From: Hadesarchaea archaeon
Lineage (GTDB): Archaea > Hadarchaeota > Hadarchaeia > Hadarchaeales > Hadarchaeaceae
Direction: 5' to 3'
DNA length: 64,000 bases
Assembly (NCBI GenBank): GCA_030619825.1
Contig: JAUXAS010000001.1
Location: 10,141 to 74,140, forward strand
The notes beneath the pieces are model-generated. The model was not told the origin of the DNA, made no database searches, and was given only the letters and a program-made list of their open reading frames with translations. Below, in pieces: positions 39,524 through 52,147 of this stretch. Each line of letters starts with the position of its first letter. Position 1 is the stretch's first letter. Both the position numbers and the translations under genes were made by a program.

Positions 39524-40561
39524 ATGATACTCACATTTGACCGGGAAAAAACAATCATACGCACCTTGCTGCAAAAGCTCGGTGCTTCGGGTGAGGAAGC
39601 CAATGCCACAGCAGAAGTGCTGGCCGAGGGTGATCTGCGCGGCTTCGCATCGCACGGCCTGCTCCGCCTTCCATACATCCTGCGCGCGCTCAAGCGAGGC
39701 ACGATCGCCGTCAAAGCAGAGGTCAAAGTTGTCCGAGAAACTCCAGCAACTGGTCTCATCAACGGCGGGCACGGTTTGGGGCACTACGTTGTGACGCGCG
39801 CGATGCGCCTCGCGATCGAGAAGGCGAAGCAGCAGGGCGTGGCTGCGGTCGGCGTTTACAACTCTAACCACTTCGGAATCGCGGGCTACTACGCCGAGCT
39901 GGCGATGCGCGAAGGGCTAATAGGCATTGTGACGACGACGACCGATGCGCTGGTTCATCCCTGGGGCGGCGTCGAACCCTTACTCGGCACCAATGCACTT
40001 GCGATAGGCCTACCGACCGAGCCCCCCGTGCTGCTTGACATGGCGATGAGCGTCGCGGCTCGAGGAAAACTCGTGAAGGCGATGAAGGAGGGCAAGCCCA
40101 TCCCCGAAAATTGGGCAATCGACTCCGGGGGCAAGCCGACGACAGACCCAGCAAAGGGGTTGGAGGGTGCCCTAAGTCCATTCGGCGGACCAAAGGGTTA
40201 CGCTTTAGCTTTCGTGCTCGAGTTGCTTGCCGGCCCTCTCGTGCACGCAGCTGCGGGTAAAGAAGTTAAGGGAACGCTAGAGCCTGTCGAAGGCTTCTGC
40301 ACAAAGGGCGATTTCATGATCGCGATCGACCCGAAAGCTTTCGTCGCGCAGGAGGAATTTCGGGCTCGGGCGCGGGAATTCATCGAGCAAGTCAAGTCCT
40401 CGCAGAAAGTGCCGGGCGTTGGGGAAATAATGGTCCCTGGTGAGCCCGAGCAAAAAACGCGCGAGCGACGCCTGCGGGAGGGTATTCCAATCTCGGATGA
40501 GGTTTGGATCGAGCTTGAACAAATCGCAAAGGAGTTAGGAGTGGATCTAAAAAGCATGTGA
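39524..40561 (+). CDS. Ldh2-family oxidoreductase (malate/L-sulfolactate dehydrogenase-like)
   Basis: DLRGFASHG, NHFG, GTN, DMA, GGPKGY, PGEPE. Confidence 0.9.
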   Translation: MILTFDREKTIIRTLLQKLGASGEEANATAEVLAEGDLRGFASHGLLRLPYILRALKRGTIAVKAEVKVVRETPATGLINGGHGLGHYVVTRAMRLAIEKAKQQGVAAVGVYNSNHFGIAGYYAELAMREGLIGIVTTTTDALVHPWGGVEPLLGTNALAIGLPTEPPVLLDMAMSVAARGKLVKAMKEGKPIPENWAIDSGGKPTTDPAKGLEGALSPFGGPKGYALAFVLELLAGPLVHAAAGKEVKGTLEPVEGFCTKGDFMIAIDPKAFVAQEEFRARAREFIEQVKSSQKVPGVGEIMVPGEPEQKTRERRLREGIPISDEVWIELEQIAKELGVDLKSM

Positions 40562-40637
40562 AGTCCGAAAGCCCCTTCCAATGAGTCAATATTTGCGGCC
40601 GGGCAACGTCTCAACCACCGGTGCCAGCCTTTCGGGA

Positions 40638-41201
40638 TTAGTGGCGCTTGAGATAGGCGATGAGCTTTCGAGAGATCAGCGGCTTGCTCTTGACGAGCGG
40701 GAATGTGTAAGGCAAGAAGGTCGATTGGACTTTGCTTATTTGGATTTCGAGCCCATGTTGCACGGGTACTTCTTCCAATGATTTACCCTCGCTTACCTGC
40801 TTTGCCATGTAGGTTGCGTTGTCGATCGCAAATTGTTCCTTGCCGAGGTTTCTCGCGGACGCCCTAGAAAGGATTCGGGTAAGCAGTTCCCTCGTTCGCC
40901 CGAGTGGGGGCTCCTCACCTAGGATGCCCCCTATGACTATCACCCTCATACCGCGCATGTCGGTCGGCGATAGCTTTTTTCTCGCGCGGGGGTCGAGCAC
41001 GATGAGTTCGTGCTGTTTGAACAGCTCGCAGGCACGCTTGCGTTCGACCCGCGCAATCTTGGCAAGTTTACGAAATTCGCCTTTCTTTTTTACATTGGTT
41101 ATGAGCAACCTCTTTCTCCCGACGATTCGCGCTGCGTGTGAATACTCAATGTGAAGCCACTCGCTCAGTTTCGGCTCTAAATGCTCAATGACGAAGAGCA
41201 T
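40638..41201 (-). CDS. SPOUT methyltransferase (Sfm1-like)
   Basis: VIEHLE..LSEWLHIEY, IGGILG, RNLG..Q. Confidence 0.8.
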   Translation of the reverse strand: MLFVIEHLEPKLSEWLHIEYSHAARIVGRKRLLITNVKKKGEFRKLAKIARVERKRACELFKQHELIVLDPRARKKLSPTDMRGMRVIVIGGILGEEPPLGRTRELLTRILSRASARNLGKEQFAIDNATYMAKQVSEGKSLEEVPVQHGLEIQISKVQSTFLPYTFPLVKSKPLISRKLIAYLKRH

Positions 41202-41210
41202 GGTCTCAGC

Positions 41211-42539
41211 TTAAAGCCTGCGCAACACAGCCTCAGCAGCAACCACGAGGGGCTCGATACAATCACTCATCGGCGGGGCGTAGCAGTACTCAATTCGTGC
41301 CAGCTCGTCAATGGTCACGTTCTGCTTGATGGCGAACGCGAGCATGTTTACCCGCTCGGCCGCGCCATCGCCGATGACCTGTCCACCGATGACCCTTCGC
41401 TCCTTAGGCTTGACGATAAGCTTTACGATGATGGGCTCGGCCCCCGGGTAGAAGTAAGGTTTGTTGAGGGTACGAATGCGTCCCGCGATGGTTTCTATGC
41501 CGGCATCGCGAGCGTTTCGCGTCGTTAACCCGGTTGCCGCGATTTCCAGCCCATAGGCCGAGGAGACGATTGTGTTAAGCACACCTGGAAAGACCTCGTC
41601 ACCACCAGCAGCGTTGGCTCCGGCGATCTTACCCATCCGTATTGCGGTCGTCGCAAGCTGGCTCAGGATGGGGCGCTTTGTCAGGAAGCAACTCGATTCG
41701 ACACAGTCACCCGCCGCATATACATCCGGGATATTAGTTCGGAGGTGATCATCGACTTTTATCACCCCCAGGGTGCCTAGCTCGACCCCAGCACTCACCG
41801 CTAGCTCAATATCAGGCTTGACACCCGTGCAGAGAACGACGAGGTCAGCTTGGATCTCTTCTTCGCCCACGACCACCGAGCTAACTTTCTTCTCACCCCG
41901 GAGCTCTTTGACCGGTTTACCTAGGATAGTTGGGATGCCGACTCGGCTGAGCTGGTCAAGTACTGCTTCGGACATATCGGGATCAAGCATCCAAGGGAGC
42001 ACGTTCGGTTGCATCTCAACGAGCGTGGTCTCTAGTCCGCTCTCCCGGAGCGCGGCGGCGGCCTCAAGACCTATTGGGCCACCACCCACGACGAGGGCCT
42101 TGTTCGCCCGGGGCAGTGCCGCGAGGATTTCCTCCCCGTCGCGCATCGTTCGAAGGGTGAACACGTTGCTAAGGTCGGAGCCGGGGATAGGGGGCCTAAG
42201 CGGCAGGCTGCCCGTAGCAATGACGAGTGAGTCGTACGGTACTTTTCCCTTTCGAAGGGTCTTGCGATCCTGAATTTCGACGATTTTGGCGTCGGTATCG
42301 ATTGCCTTTGCCTCGGTGCCGATGTGAACATCTACGCCAGGGAGCTTGGATGCCGCCTCAACGAGGTGACGGATGTGGGGAACATCGCCCCCTATCGCGA
42401 AGGGGAGGCCACAGGGGTGGTAGGTGGCGTACATTCGCCTTTCGATGACCGTGACCTTCGCTTCCCGATCCACCATGCGGGCGGTCGCCGCTGCCGTCAG
42501 CCCAGCCGATTGGAACCCTATGATGACAACTCGCCTCAT
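41211..42539 (-). CDS. FAD-dependent pyridine nucleotide-disulfide oxidoreductase (Nox/CoADR family)
   Basis: YHPCGLP, GGGPIGLE, YAAGDC, YCYAPP. Confidence 0.9.
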   Translation of the reverse strand: MRRVVIIGFQSAGLTAAATARMVDREAKVTVIERRMYATYHPCGLPFAIGGDVPHIRHLVEAASKLPGVDVHIGTEAKAIDTDAKIVEIQDRKTLRKGKVPYDSLVIATGSLPLRPPIPGSDLSNVFTLRTMRDGEEILAALPRANKALVVGGGPIGLEAAAALRESGLETTLVEMQPNVLPWMLDPDMSEAVLDQLSRVGIPTILGKPVKELRGEKKVSSVVVGEEEIQADLVVLCTGVKPDIELAVSAGVELGTLGVIKVDDHLRTNIPDVYAAGDCVESSCFLTKRPILSQLATTAIRMGKIAGANAAGGDEVFPGVLNTIVSSAYGLEIAATGLTTRNARDAGIETIAGRIRTLNKPYFYPGAEPIIVKLIVKPKERRVIGGQVIGDGAAERVNMLAFAIKQNVTIDELARIEYCYAPPMSDCIEPLVVAAEAVLRRL

Positions 42540-43771
42540 GCTTGAGCCTCCAGCTGTTGAGTATGCTTTGCACGGGTTAAAACTTCAACCACCGGCAACG
42601 GTTTACCCGAGAGGAAACCTATGCATGCGCCGCCACCCGTGCTGATGTGCTTTATCTGCCCCGCAATCCCAGCGGCCTGAGCGGCTGCAACCATGTGCCC
42701 GCCGCCGAGGATGGTGAAAGCTTGGGAACTCGCCATCGCTTTGAGCACTTCGAAGGTGCCGCGCTCAAACCCAGCCCGCTCGAAGACACCCAGCGGCCCG
42801 TTCGAGACGACGGTTTTTGCACCCTCGATGAGCTTTGAATATTCATTCAGGGTCCTACTCCCGATGTCGCAGATCTTCAGCTCGGTCGGTAGCTCCTTCA
42901 GCGAGAGCTCCTTGGGTCGGCCTTGAGCTTCGACGACGACATCGAGCGGCACCTTTATCTCGTCGCCGTGGGCATCGAGCAGTCGCTTGGCTCGTTTGAT
43001 CTCCTTTTCTAGGCCCTTTTGTTTGAGTAGCTCGAGATTTGACCCACCGAGGTTTCTCCCGGAAGCCGCGAGAAAAGTCTGCCCCACCAATCCGCCCGTT
43101 AGCACGGAGTCCGCTATCCCCTTGCTGAGCACGTTTTCGATAATATCGAGGGAGTCGTCAACTTTCACACCACCTAACACATAAACGCAGGGGCGTTCGG
43201 GGGAAAGCGCTCGGCTCAATGCCTTAAGCTCGCGCTCCATCAACCGCCCCGCGTAGGTCGGAAGCAGGGCGCTGAAGCCCACGAGCGAGGGCTGGGAGCG
43301 ATGGGCGGCCCCGAAGGCATCGTTAACATAGAGTTGGACAAGGGGGGCTAATGCACGCACGAAGTGGGTCTTCGCCTGTTCCTCCATGGGACGATTTAGA
43401 TTTTCCTCGGCGCACAGACGGACATTATCGAGGAGCAGGATTCCCCCCGGGTGCATGAGCTTGATCTTGCTCTTCACCAAGGGGCCAAAAACATCTGCAA
43501 GGTAAATAACTCCCATCCCAACCGCTTCCGTCAACTTCTTCGCATGTTTTTCTAGAGTGGTGAAATCCTTGTCACCGGGCCTGCCTTGGTGGGCCATGAT
43601 GACAACTTTTGCACCCTTGTGAGCTAGCTCCTTGAGGGTTGGGGCGCACTCGCGTATCCGCGTGTCGTCTAAGATTTCGCCCGTGTTTGGGTCGAGGGGC
43701 GAGTTTATGTCGACCCTCACCAACACCGTCTTATCCTTAACGTCGACCCCATCTAGAGTAGGAAATTCCAA
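42536..43771 (-). CDS. pgk: Phosphoglycerate kinase
   Basis: RVDINSP, HQGRPG, NDAFGAAHR, STGGGA. Confidence 0.96.
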   Translation of the reverse strand: MEFPTLDGVDVKDKTVLVRVDINSPLDPNTGEILDDTRIRECAPTLKELAHKGAKVVIMAHQGRPGDKDFTTLEKHAKKLTEAVGMGVIYLADVFGPLVKSKIKLMHPGGILLLDNVRLCAEENLNRPMEEQAKTHFVRALAPLVQLYVNDAFGAAHRSQPSLVGFSALLPTYAGRLMERELKALSRALSPERPCVYVLGGVKVDDSLDIIENVLSKGIADSVLTGGLVGQTFLAASGRNLGGSNLELLKQKGLEKEIKRAKRLLDAHGDEIKVPLDVVVEAQGRPKELSLKELPTELKICDIGSRTLNEYSKLIEGAKTVVSNGPLGVFERAGFERGTFEVLKAMASSQAFTILGGGHMVAAAQAAGIAGQIKHISTGGGACIGFLSGKPLPVVEVLTRAKHTQQLEAQA

Positions 43772-43902
43772 GGTTTCACCCCAAGGTCATTTTCGAGAGC
43801 CGTCTTAAATCTTACTAAATTTTCCATTCACACATTTAAACGAAACCCATTATTCCCCTATCCAGCATGGCGATCATGACAAATTATCAAGATTGCTTTT
43901 TA

Positions 43903-44955
<1,053 letters not shown>

Positions 44956-45073
44956 TTAGTGTGGACGGCGATAAGGGTTCAGGTTTTTGTAGGTTTAGTT
45001 GTCTCATTTTTTAGACGTTTCACAATTTTGAGAAGTTTAAAAGTCAGCAGGTCCCGTTCTGATTGGGGGTAAC

Positions 45074-45732
45074 TTGGGTAAAAAGACCACCATCGAAATT
45101 TTGGTCTTGTTGGCCAAGGGCGGGGCACATCTTCACGACTTGAAACTTTCTTTGGGCTGGCTTGCAGGTCAACTAAATCTCTCACGACAGACTGCGGCGC
45201 GGCGGCTTCTTGAGCTTGAGGACCAAGGTCTGATTAAACGGGCGGTGGGGCCCCGCGGTCAGAGCGTGCGTATAACACCTGGGGGTCTAGCGACTTTGCG
45301 CTTAATGCATCGAGAGCTCAAGGCGATTTTTCGATTGAAACCGCGTTCGTTCAAGTTAGCTGGCCGGATAATCTCAGGTGTGGGTGAGGGTAGTTATTAC
45401 ATGAGCCAGCGAGGCTACCGAGAGCAGTTCAAACGCGAGCTCGGTTTTGGCCCCTACCCCGGGACGCTCGACATCAAGCTTGACGAGGCATCGCTCGAGC
45501 TCAGGGAGGTGCTCATGCAGCTTCCCGGCAGGAAGGTCGAGGGCTTTAAGACTAGTGAGCGAACCTTTGGCCCAGTGAAATTCTTCCCAGCCAAGTTAAA
45601 GGACAAGAAAGTTGCCCTGATTTTGCCACTTCGGGGTCATTACGCTGATGTCGTTGAGCTCATAGCGCCGAAGAAACTGCGCAAGAGCTTAAAGCTTGAG
45701 GACGGCGATGCAGTTCAAGTGGAGGTAGTGGT

Positions 45733-45736
<4 letters not shown>
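45074..45736 (+). CDS. ribK: HTH-fused CTP-dependent riboflavin kinase (RbkR-type)
   Basis: SRQTAARRL HTH, SGVGEGSYY, PYPGTL. Confidence 0.9.
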
Positions 45737-46879
<1,143 letters not shown>

Positions 46880-46883
46880 GAAA

Positions 46884-47297
46884 TTGGTAAAGTTGGGAAT
46901 AGCGGCGTCAGAGTTCCATTGGGATATCGTGGGGCCGATGCTTGAGTTCGCAAAGCAACACGCGAGTTTCCTTGAGGCAGAGGTAGCAGCGGAGGTTCTG
47001 GTGCCAGGTGTCTATGAGCTACCACTTGCCGCGAAAAAACTCGTAGAACGTGGTGACATCGACGCAGTAGTTACACTTGGAGCGGTGATCGAAGGTGAGA
47101 CCGAGCACGACGAGCTAGTGATGCAGCACGCGGCGCGAAAATTAATAGACCTCGCAGTCCAATACGGCAAACCGGTGGCGCTCGGCATCTCTGGTCCCGG
47201 CATGAGTCGCATGCAGGCACTGGAGCGGGTGAACGAGTACGCTCGGCGCGCGGTGGAGGCCGCCGTGAAGACCACCAAGCGCTTGGAAAAGGTGTAA
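46884..47297 (+). CDS. ribH: Lumazine synthase
   Basis: VPGVYELP, GAVIEGETEH, KPVALG. Confidence 0.93.
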   Translation: MVKLGIAASEFHWDIVGPMLEFAKQHASFLEAEVAAEVLVPGVYELPLAAKKLVERGDIDAVVTLGAVIEGETEHDELVMQHAARKLIDLAVQYGKPVALGISGPGMSRMQALERVNEYARRAVEAAVKTTKRLEKV

Positions 47298-47299
47298 GC

Positions 47300-47953
47300 T
47301 TGGATTTGAGCGAGGTCGGCATCCTGGCGTTGGGCTCGCACGAGGAGCGGCACGGAGCAGCTCTCCCTCCCGACACGGACGCAAAGCTGGCCTCGCATGT
47401 TGCTTCGGAGGCGGCGAAGCGCACGGGGGCGAGGTTTATCGACGTCCTCCATTCGTCGTACGAGCTCCCGGGCATAGACACGGGGCGCCATCAGAGCCTC
47501 GATCAGGTTTTGGAGGAGCTTCGGAGGGCTCTACTCGACGCGAAGCGTGCGCTTGGCATCAGCGCGGCGGTGTTGGTCAATGGTCACGGGGGGAATGGAC
47601 CCCTGCGGGAGCGGTTGTTTGCGTTGGAGAAGGAGCTTGGCATGCCAATCGTTTTTAACAACACCCTGATTAAGCTAGAAGGACCCCACGCTGCAACGGG
47701 CGAGCTGAGCATGGGGGCCGTGATAGGGATAGCTGATGCTTCAAAGATCGCCGAGCAAACCGATTTTGAACGTCACCCCGAGGTGGGATTCGTCGGCCTT
47801 AAGGAAGCGCGGAGACGATACGCTTGGGCGGAGCAGCAAGCTAGGGAAGTTGAAAAAATGGGGCTCCGCATAGACAAATTTTTGGGCGAGAAGCTCCTGG
47901 AATGTGCAATCGTTGACGTGATGAATGATGTGCGGGAGCTATCTAAAGAATAA
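47300..47953 (+). CDS. arfB: Creatininase-family FAPy deformylase
   Basis: GSHEERHGAALPPDTD, NGHGGN, HA..GE; in rib operon. Confidence 0.85.
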   Translation: MDLSEVGILALGSHEERHGAALPPDTDAKLASHVASEAAKRTGARFIDVLHSSYELPGIDTGRHQSLDQVLEELRRALLDAKRALGISAAVLVNGHGGNGPLRERLFALEKELGMPIVFNNTLIKLEGPHAATGELSMGAVIGIADASKIAEQTDFERHPEVGFVGLKEARRRYAWAEQQAREVEKMGLRIDKFLGEKLLECAIVDVMNDVRELSKE

Positions 47954-48193
47954 CTACTCTAAATGTTTTAACTCCTTGCAGATTTCAAGCAGGCTCCATG
48001 CCCATATCAAGCACTCGAAGCTCTTTATGAGGTCCCCCTGTTTCAGAAAGTGTTCGGAATCTCCGCGATAAGCTTTGATGTTCGAAAACATTTTCTCGCC
48101 CTGCTCGCTTCGGGCTCTCGCCGCTGATAGGGCACCATCGAGCTTAGAGGTCCACTTCTTGATCTCCTCAATTAGTTTAGCCTCAAGTGTCAT
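47954..48193 (-). CDS. DUF357-like protein
   Basis: AYRGDSEHFL..GD...F..L.WAW; next to dph5. Confidence 0.75.
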   Translation of the reverse strand: MTLEAKLIEEIKKWTSKLDGALSAARARSEQGEKMFSNIKAYRGDSEHFLKQGDLIKSFECLIWAWSLLEICKELKHLE

Positions 48194-48966
48194 TTGATCA
48201 CATCTTCAGGCGCTCCGGCGAAGGCGCGGAGAGCTTCTGCCTCGACGAAGTGAAGCTTACCCGGCACGATCAACACGTGCGGCGGAGACCCAAAATCCAA
48301 CTTCTGAAGCCTCCCCACTTTGTTGGCTTTGACGATAGCATCATCCGAACCAGCTCGCGCCACGACTACAACAAGTGTATCCGGGGTGAAGGCATTTTTT
48401 TGCAACTTTTTCTCCAGCCCGAGCATGATTTCGATTGCCTCGCTCGCTAGCATTGCTCGCTCTTCCTTCGCTCGGATGTCGAGGAGCAGCAGGGTATGAA
48501 GTCCCCGCCCACGGTTTTCGACCAGCGTTTCGTAAGGCACCTGCGATGGGTTGTCGGGGAATGGAACCGTAGCCGTGCGCCCGAACTTGTAGCTCTGCAG
48601 GCCAGCGAGCCCGGCAGCTGCGGAGGCGATCGATGCGGCATGAATAATTTTTGTTTCGATGCCAGCCTTTGTCGCGCGAAGGCGCAGGTCGACGTGCGTG
48701 GTTGCCACCATGGGGTCACCGGGAGCCAAAAAAGCCACCTTGCTTGCTTTGGCCGCCTGTAGGATCTCATCGGGGCGTTGCTCGACGGTCTCGCGGTCGA
48801 CCGCCTTGATAGGCCGGCCGATCGTTTGCTCGAGCTCATCGAGTCTAAGTTTAGGCAGCATGCTTGTGTAGAGCTCAGCATACACAACATCGGATTCTTG
48901 GGCTTCACGTAGCCCTCGGAGCGATATTCCCTCGCCATGCAGGCCAAGCCCGATGAATACGAGCAT
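48190..48966 (-). CDS. dph5: Diphthine synthase
   Basis: FIGLGL, ELYTS, GDPMVATTH, YKFG, HTLLLLD, LHFVE. Confidence 0.95.
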   Translation of the reverse strand: MLVFIGLGLHGEGISLRGLREAQESDVVYAELYTSMLPKLRLDELEQTIGRPIKAVDRETVEQRPDEILQAAKASKVAFLAPGDPMVATTHVDLRLRATKAGIETKIIHAASIASAAAGLAGLQSYKFGRTATVPFPDNPSQVPYETLVENRGRGLHTLLLLDIRAKEERAMLASEAIEIMLGLEKKLQKNAFTPDTLVVVVARAGSDDAIVKANKVGRLQKLDFGSPPHVLIVPGKLHFVEAEALRAFAGAPEDVIK

Positions 48967-49008
48967 AGTATCGTAAACACTTAATTTGGGCAGGCGATAT
49001 ATTCGTTC

Positions 49009-49125
49009 GGGCCCGTGGCTCAGTCTGGTAGGTGCCAGGGCGACTTGGCAGCCAAAAGCGCTCGACGGTAAAACCGGGCGAAGCTCTTAACCGAGCAGTC
49101 GAGGGTTCGAATCCCTCCGGGCCCG
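49009..49125 (+). tRNA. tRNA-Lys(CUU) with two introns (22/23: 49032-49056; 30/31: 49065-49082)
   Basis: Removing both gives GGGCCCGTGGCTCAGTCTGGTAGAGCGCTCGGCTCTTAACCGAGCAGTCGAGGGTTCGAATCCCTCCGGGCCCG, a full cloverleaf. Confidence 0.9.
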
Positions 49126-49188
49126 CTACTCAAAGACCGAAAAACTTCGTATTTTAAAAAGTTGAAAAACGATAATGCACCGAGTCGA

Positions 49189-50235
49189 ATGACTTGGGAA
49201 ACCCTATTAGATCAGTATACCGAACTCATCGACCGCAAGATGAAGGAGCACCTTAAATCACTGAAGGCGAAGGCAGCGAAATATCACCCATTCATGCTGA
49301 AGACATATGAAAACCTTGAGGAATACGTGCTCCGAAGGGGAAAAAGGTTGGCTTCGTGTAGCACCCTCCTAACCTACAAGGGTTATACGGGCGAGGTGGA
49401 CGAGAAAATCCTCAACGTTTGTGTAGGCATAGAGCTTTTCAGGCATTGCATTCTGCTCCATGACGACTTGGTCGATGGGGATGAGATCCGAAGGGGCGGG
49501 AAATCCTTCCACAAGCTCTTTTCGGAGGGCCACGATTCGAAGTTTGGAGAGGGCATTGCCGTCTTCATGGGCGATGCATCGTATGCGCTCTCGCTCGATG
49601 TCATCTTGAACTCGGGATTCAGCGGGGAGGTGCTGCATCGGGCGGTTGAATTGCTTGCCGAGGATTATCGCGGGGTGAACGAAAGCCAAGTCATCGATCT
49701 TCTTTTCGAGCACAAGGAGCCAGATGTCGAGGAATGGTACGTCATGGCATCTAGGAGGGCGGCATCTTTGTTTAGGGCCACGATTTTGATGGGCGCCATT
49801 CTAGCTGGTGCTCCGGAAGAGGATTTGCAGGCTTTGGAGGGGGTCGCGACAAATATCGGCTACGCATTCGACATCCAAGACGACATCATAGATACCTTCG
49901 CAACCGAGCAGCAGTACGGCCGACCGCCAGGCAGGGATATCGCTAGAGGTAAGAAGCCCCTTCACTTGATATACGCACTTCGGCTAGCGGAACCCAATGA
50001 GCTGAGGGTAATCAATGGCATAATCGGAGGGGGCAGGATAACTCCAAATGATCTAGAAACGATGCGTGAGGTGATAAGGAAAACAGGGGCTCTGGATGCC
50101 GCGAAGGAGGAGTCCTCAAAACACGCGAAGAAGGCAAAAGAGTTGATCGAGCAAACGCGAATGGGGGAAGAAAGTAAGGAGTTCTTTAACTCTTTCATCG
50201 ATTACATTACCCAAAGCTTAGACTGGTACAAGTAG
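49189..50235 (+). CDS. Polyprenyl diphosphate synthase (probable GGPP synthase)
   Basis: GKRL, HDDLVD...RRG, QDDIID. Confidence 0.88.
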   Translation: MTWETLLDQYTELIDRKMKEHLKSLKAKAAKYHPFMLKTYENLEEYVLRRGKRLASCSTLLTYKGYTGEVDEKILNVCVGIELFRHCILLHDDLVDGDEIRRGGKSFHKLFSEGHDSKFGEGIAVFMGDASYALSLDVILNSGFSGEVLHRAVELLAEDYRGVNESQVIDLLFEHKEPDVEEWYVMASRRAASLFRATILMGAILAGAPEEDLQALEGVATNIGYAFDIQDDIIDTFATEQQYGRPPGRDIARGKKPLHLIYALRLAEPNELRVINGIIGGGRITPNDLETMREVIRKTGALDAAKEESSKHAKKAKELIEQTRMGEESKEFFNSFIDYITQSLDWYK

Positions 50236-50242
50236 GCAAGGT

Positions 50243-52048
50243 TTACGCATACCTGCTCAAGCCGAGTTCCTTGAGCTTTTGGGGGGTAGGTTTGCCATCC
50301 TTCCACCCGCGCAGGGCGTAGTACTCGTCGAGCATCGCTCCCAGCTTAACCACGTGACCTTTAGATGGGCCATCGGGCATCGGTTCCTCGAGCAAACGCT
50401 TGGGTAGCGTGTCGTCCTTGCGGCCAAAGCCCTCGCGGCTGATGAAGAGCCGCTCGAGGGTGTAGATGCGATCACCGGTCTTCAACAGCTCATCGGGCGA
50501 CCACCCCCACCCGGTTATCGCGTTGAGCATCTCCACAATTTCAGGCACCCAGATGGCGAAGGTTGCAAAATTACAAAAGACGGCCGAGTCACAGATGGCG
50601 AATAAGTCTTGAAGCTTTTTCACCCACTGCGCCTTCCCTTCAGTGGCGAAGCGATTGAGCTGCTGGGGCACGCCGAAGATTTCTGGACCAATCATGCAGG
50701 CTCCGAGGTGGCAGCCGCCGCGATTTGAGGTCGCGTACGCCAGCCCCTGCCCTTGGGCACCCCGCGGATCATAGGCAGGGAGCTCAAGTCCCTTCACGTG
50801 CATCGCCAGCTCAGGGGCGCCGTATTTCTCCGCAAGGCGTTTCGCCCCGAGCGCGATGTCGTTTCCGAATCCCAGGCGATAGGCCGTCCGCCAGGTGAGC
50901 TCGACGATCGCTTGTGGGTTGCCGAACTTCAGTTCAAGCCCACCCAGCTTTTCCTTCGAGATCTTTCCGCGCTCGCTGAGCTCCATCGCGCAGCCCACAG
51001 TGTTACCATAGGAGAGGGGGTCAATGCCCAGCTCGTCGCAGAGGTTGTTGGCCTTGGCTATGGCATTCAGGTCATCGATGTAGCACTGGGCTCCTAGCGC
51101 CCAGATCTCCTCGTACTCGGGTCCCTCACCCTCAACCTGATAGGGCGATTGGGTAACGCGAATTACGCGGCTACAATCGATCGGGCATCCCCAGCATCCC
51201 TTGCTCTTTATCAATATTGTCTTCGCAAGGGTTTCACCGCTGATTTTTTCCGCGGTCGGGAAAACGCCCGTTTGGAAGTTTCGAGTGGGAAAGAGGCCGT
51301 GCTCGTTGATGGAGCCTACCGCGATGGCCGTGCCGTAGGTGGGCAGGTCGTGTCCAGTGATTCGGCTCTCCTTCAACATCTTTAACGCATTCTGGACGGC
51401 TTCTTTGAGTTTCTTCTCGTCCGCAACGGGTGGTCTTTTAGTTCCCCGCACGACGATTGCCTTGAGCCGTTTCGACCCCATCACGGCTCCAGCCGCGGTC
51501 CTGCCGGCTGCGCGATGTTTGTCGTTGATGATTGCGGCGCATGACACGAGGTTTTCCCCCGCAGGGCCGATCGAGGCAATCTTGATGTCAGGGCCCCCGA
51601 GTTCCTTGCGGATGCCGTCCTCGGTGTCCCAAGTGCTCTTGCCCCAGTACCGCCCGGCAGGTCGGATCTCCGCCTCTCCCTCGCGTATCCACAGGTAAAC
51701 TGGCTCAGCTGCCTTTCCCTCGATGATTACACCATCATAGCCCGCAAACCTGAGCTCCGGGCCGAAGGTGCCGCCGCAGTCGGTTTCCCCGATGCCACCA
51801 GTTTGGGGTGACTTGGTGATGACGTGAAACATACTGCTCATTGGGAACGCTGTTCCGGTAGCTGGACCCGTCATGAAGAGTAGCTTGTTTTCGGGTCCAA
51901 GGGGATCAGTGCCGGGTTTGAGTTCTTCGATGATGATTTTTACTCCCAAACCGCGACCGCCGATGAATAATTTAACCTCGTCCTCATCCACGAACTCGTC
52001 CCGCATCGAGCCGGAGGAGAGATCGGCGCGCAAGAGCTTCAGCTTCAA
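50243..52048 (-). CDS. aor: Tungsten-dependent aldehyde:ferredoxin oxidoreductase
   Basis: GGRGLG, KSPQTG, GAVMGSK, CWGCPIDC, EGPEYE, RGGCH. Confidence 0.93.
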   Translation of the reverse strand: MKLKLLRADLSSGSMRDEFVDEDEVKLFIGGRGLGVKIIIEELKPGTDPLGPENKLLFMTGPATGTAFPMSSMFHVITKSPQTGGIGETDCGGTFGPELRFAGYDGVIIEGKAAEPVYLWIREGEAEIRPAGRYWGKSTWDTEDGIRKELGGPDIKIASIGPAGENLVSCAAIINDKHRAAGRTAAGAVMGSKRLKAIVVRGTKRPPVADEKKLKEAVQNALKMLKESRITGHDLPTYGTAIAVGSINEHGLFPTRNFQTGVFPTAEKISGETLAKTILIKSKGCWGCPIDCSRVIRVTQSPYQVEGEGPEYEEIWALGAQCYIDDLNAIAKANNLCDELGIDPLSYGNTVGCAMELSERGKISKEKLGGLELKFGNPQAIVELTWRTAYRLGFGNDIALGAKRLAEKYGAPELAMHVKGLELPAYDPRGAQGQGLAYATSNRGGCHLGACMIGPEIFGVPQQLNRFATEGKAQWVKKLQDLFAICDSAVFCNFATFAIWVPEIVEMLNAITGWGWSPDELLKTGDRIYTLERLFISREGFGRKDDTLPKRLLEEPMPDGPSKGHVVKLGAMLDEYYALRGWKDGKPTPQKLKELGLSRYA

Positions 52049-52106
52049 ACCCCAACCTCCGGAGGAAACCTCGGTGGTCAGTTTTAAGTAAGTTTGGGTG
52101 GTGGTT

Positions 52107-52122
52107 TGAAAACTAATTAAAC
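52107..52122 (+). promoter_or_regulatory. Candidate BRE/TATA for tRNA-Gln(UUG)
   Basis: GAAAAC-TAATTAAA about 27-40 nt upstream of the tRNA. Confidence 0.45.
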
Positions 52123-52147
52123 CATCTCACGAATACAATCATTTGGT

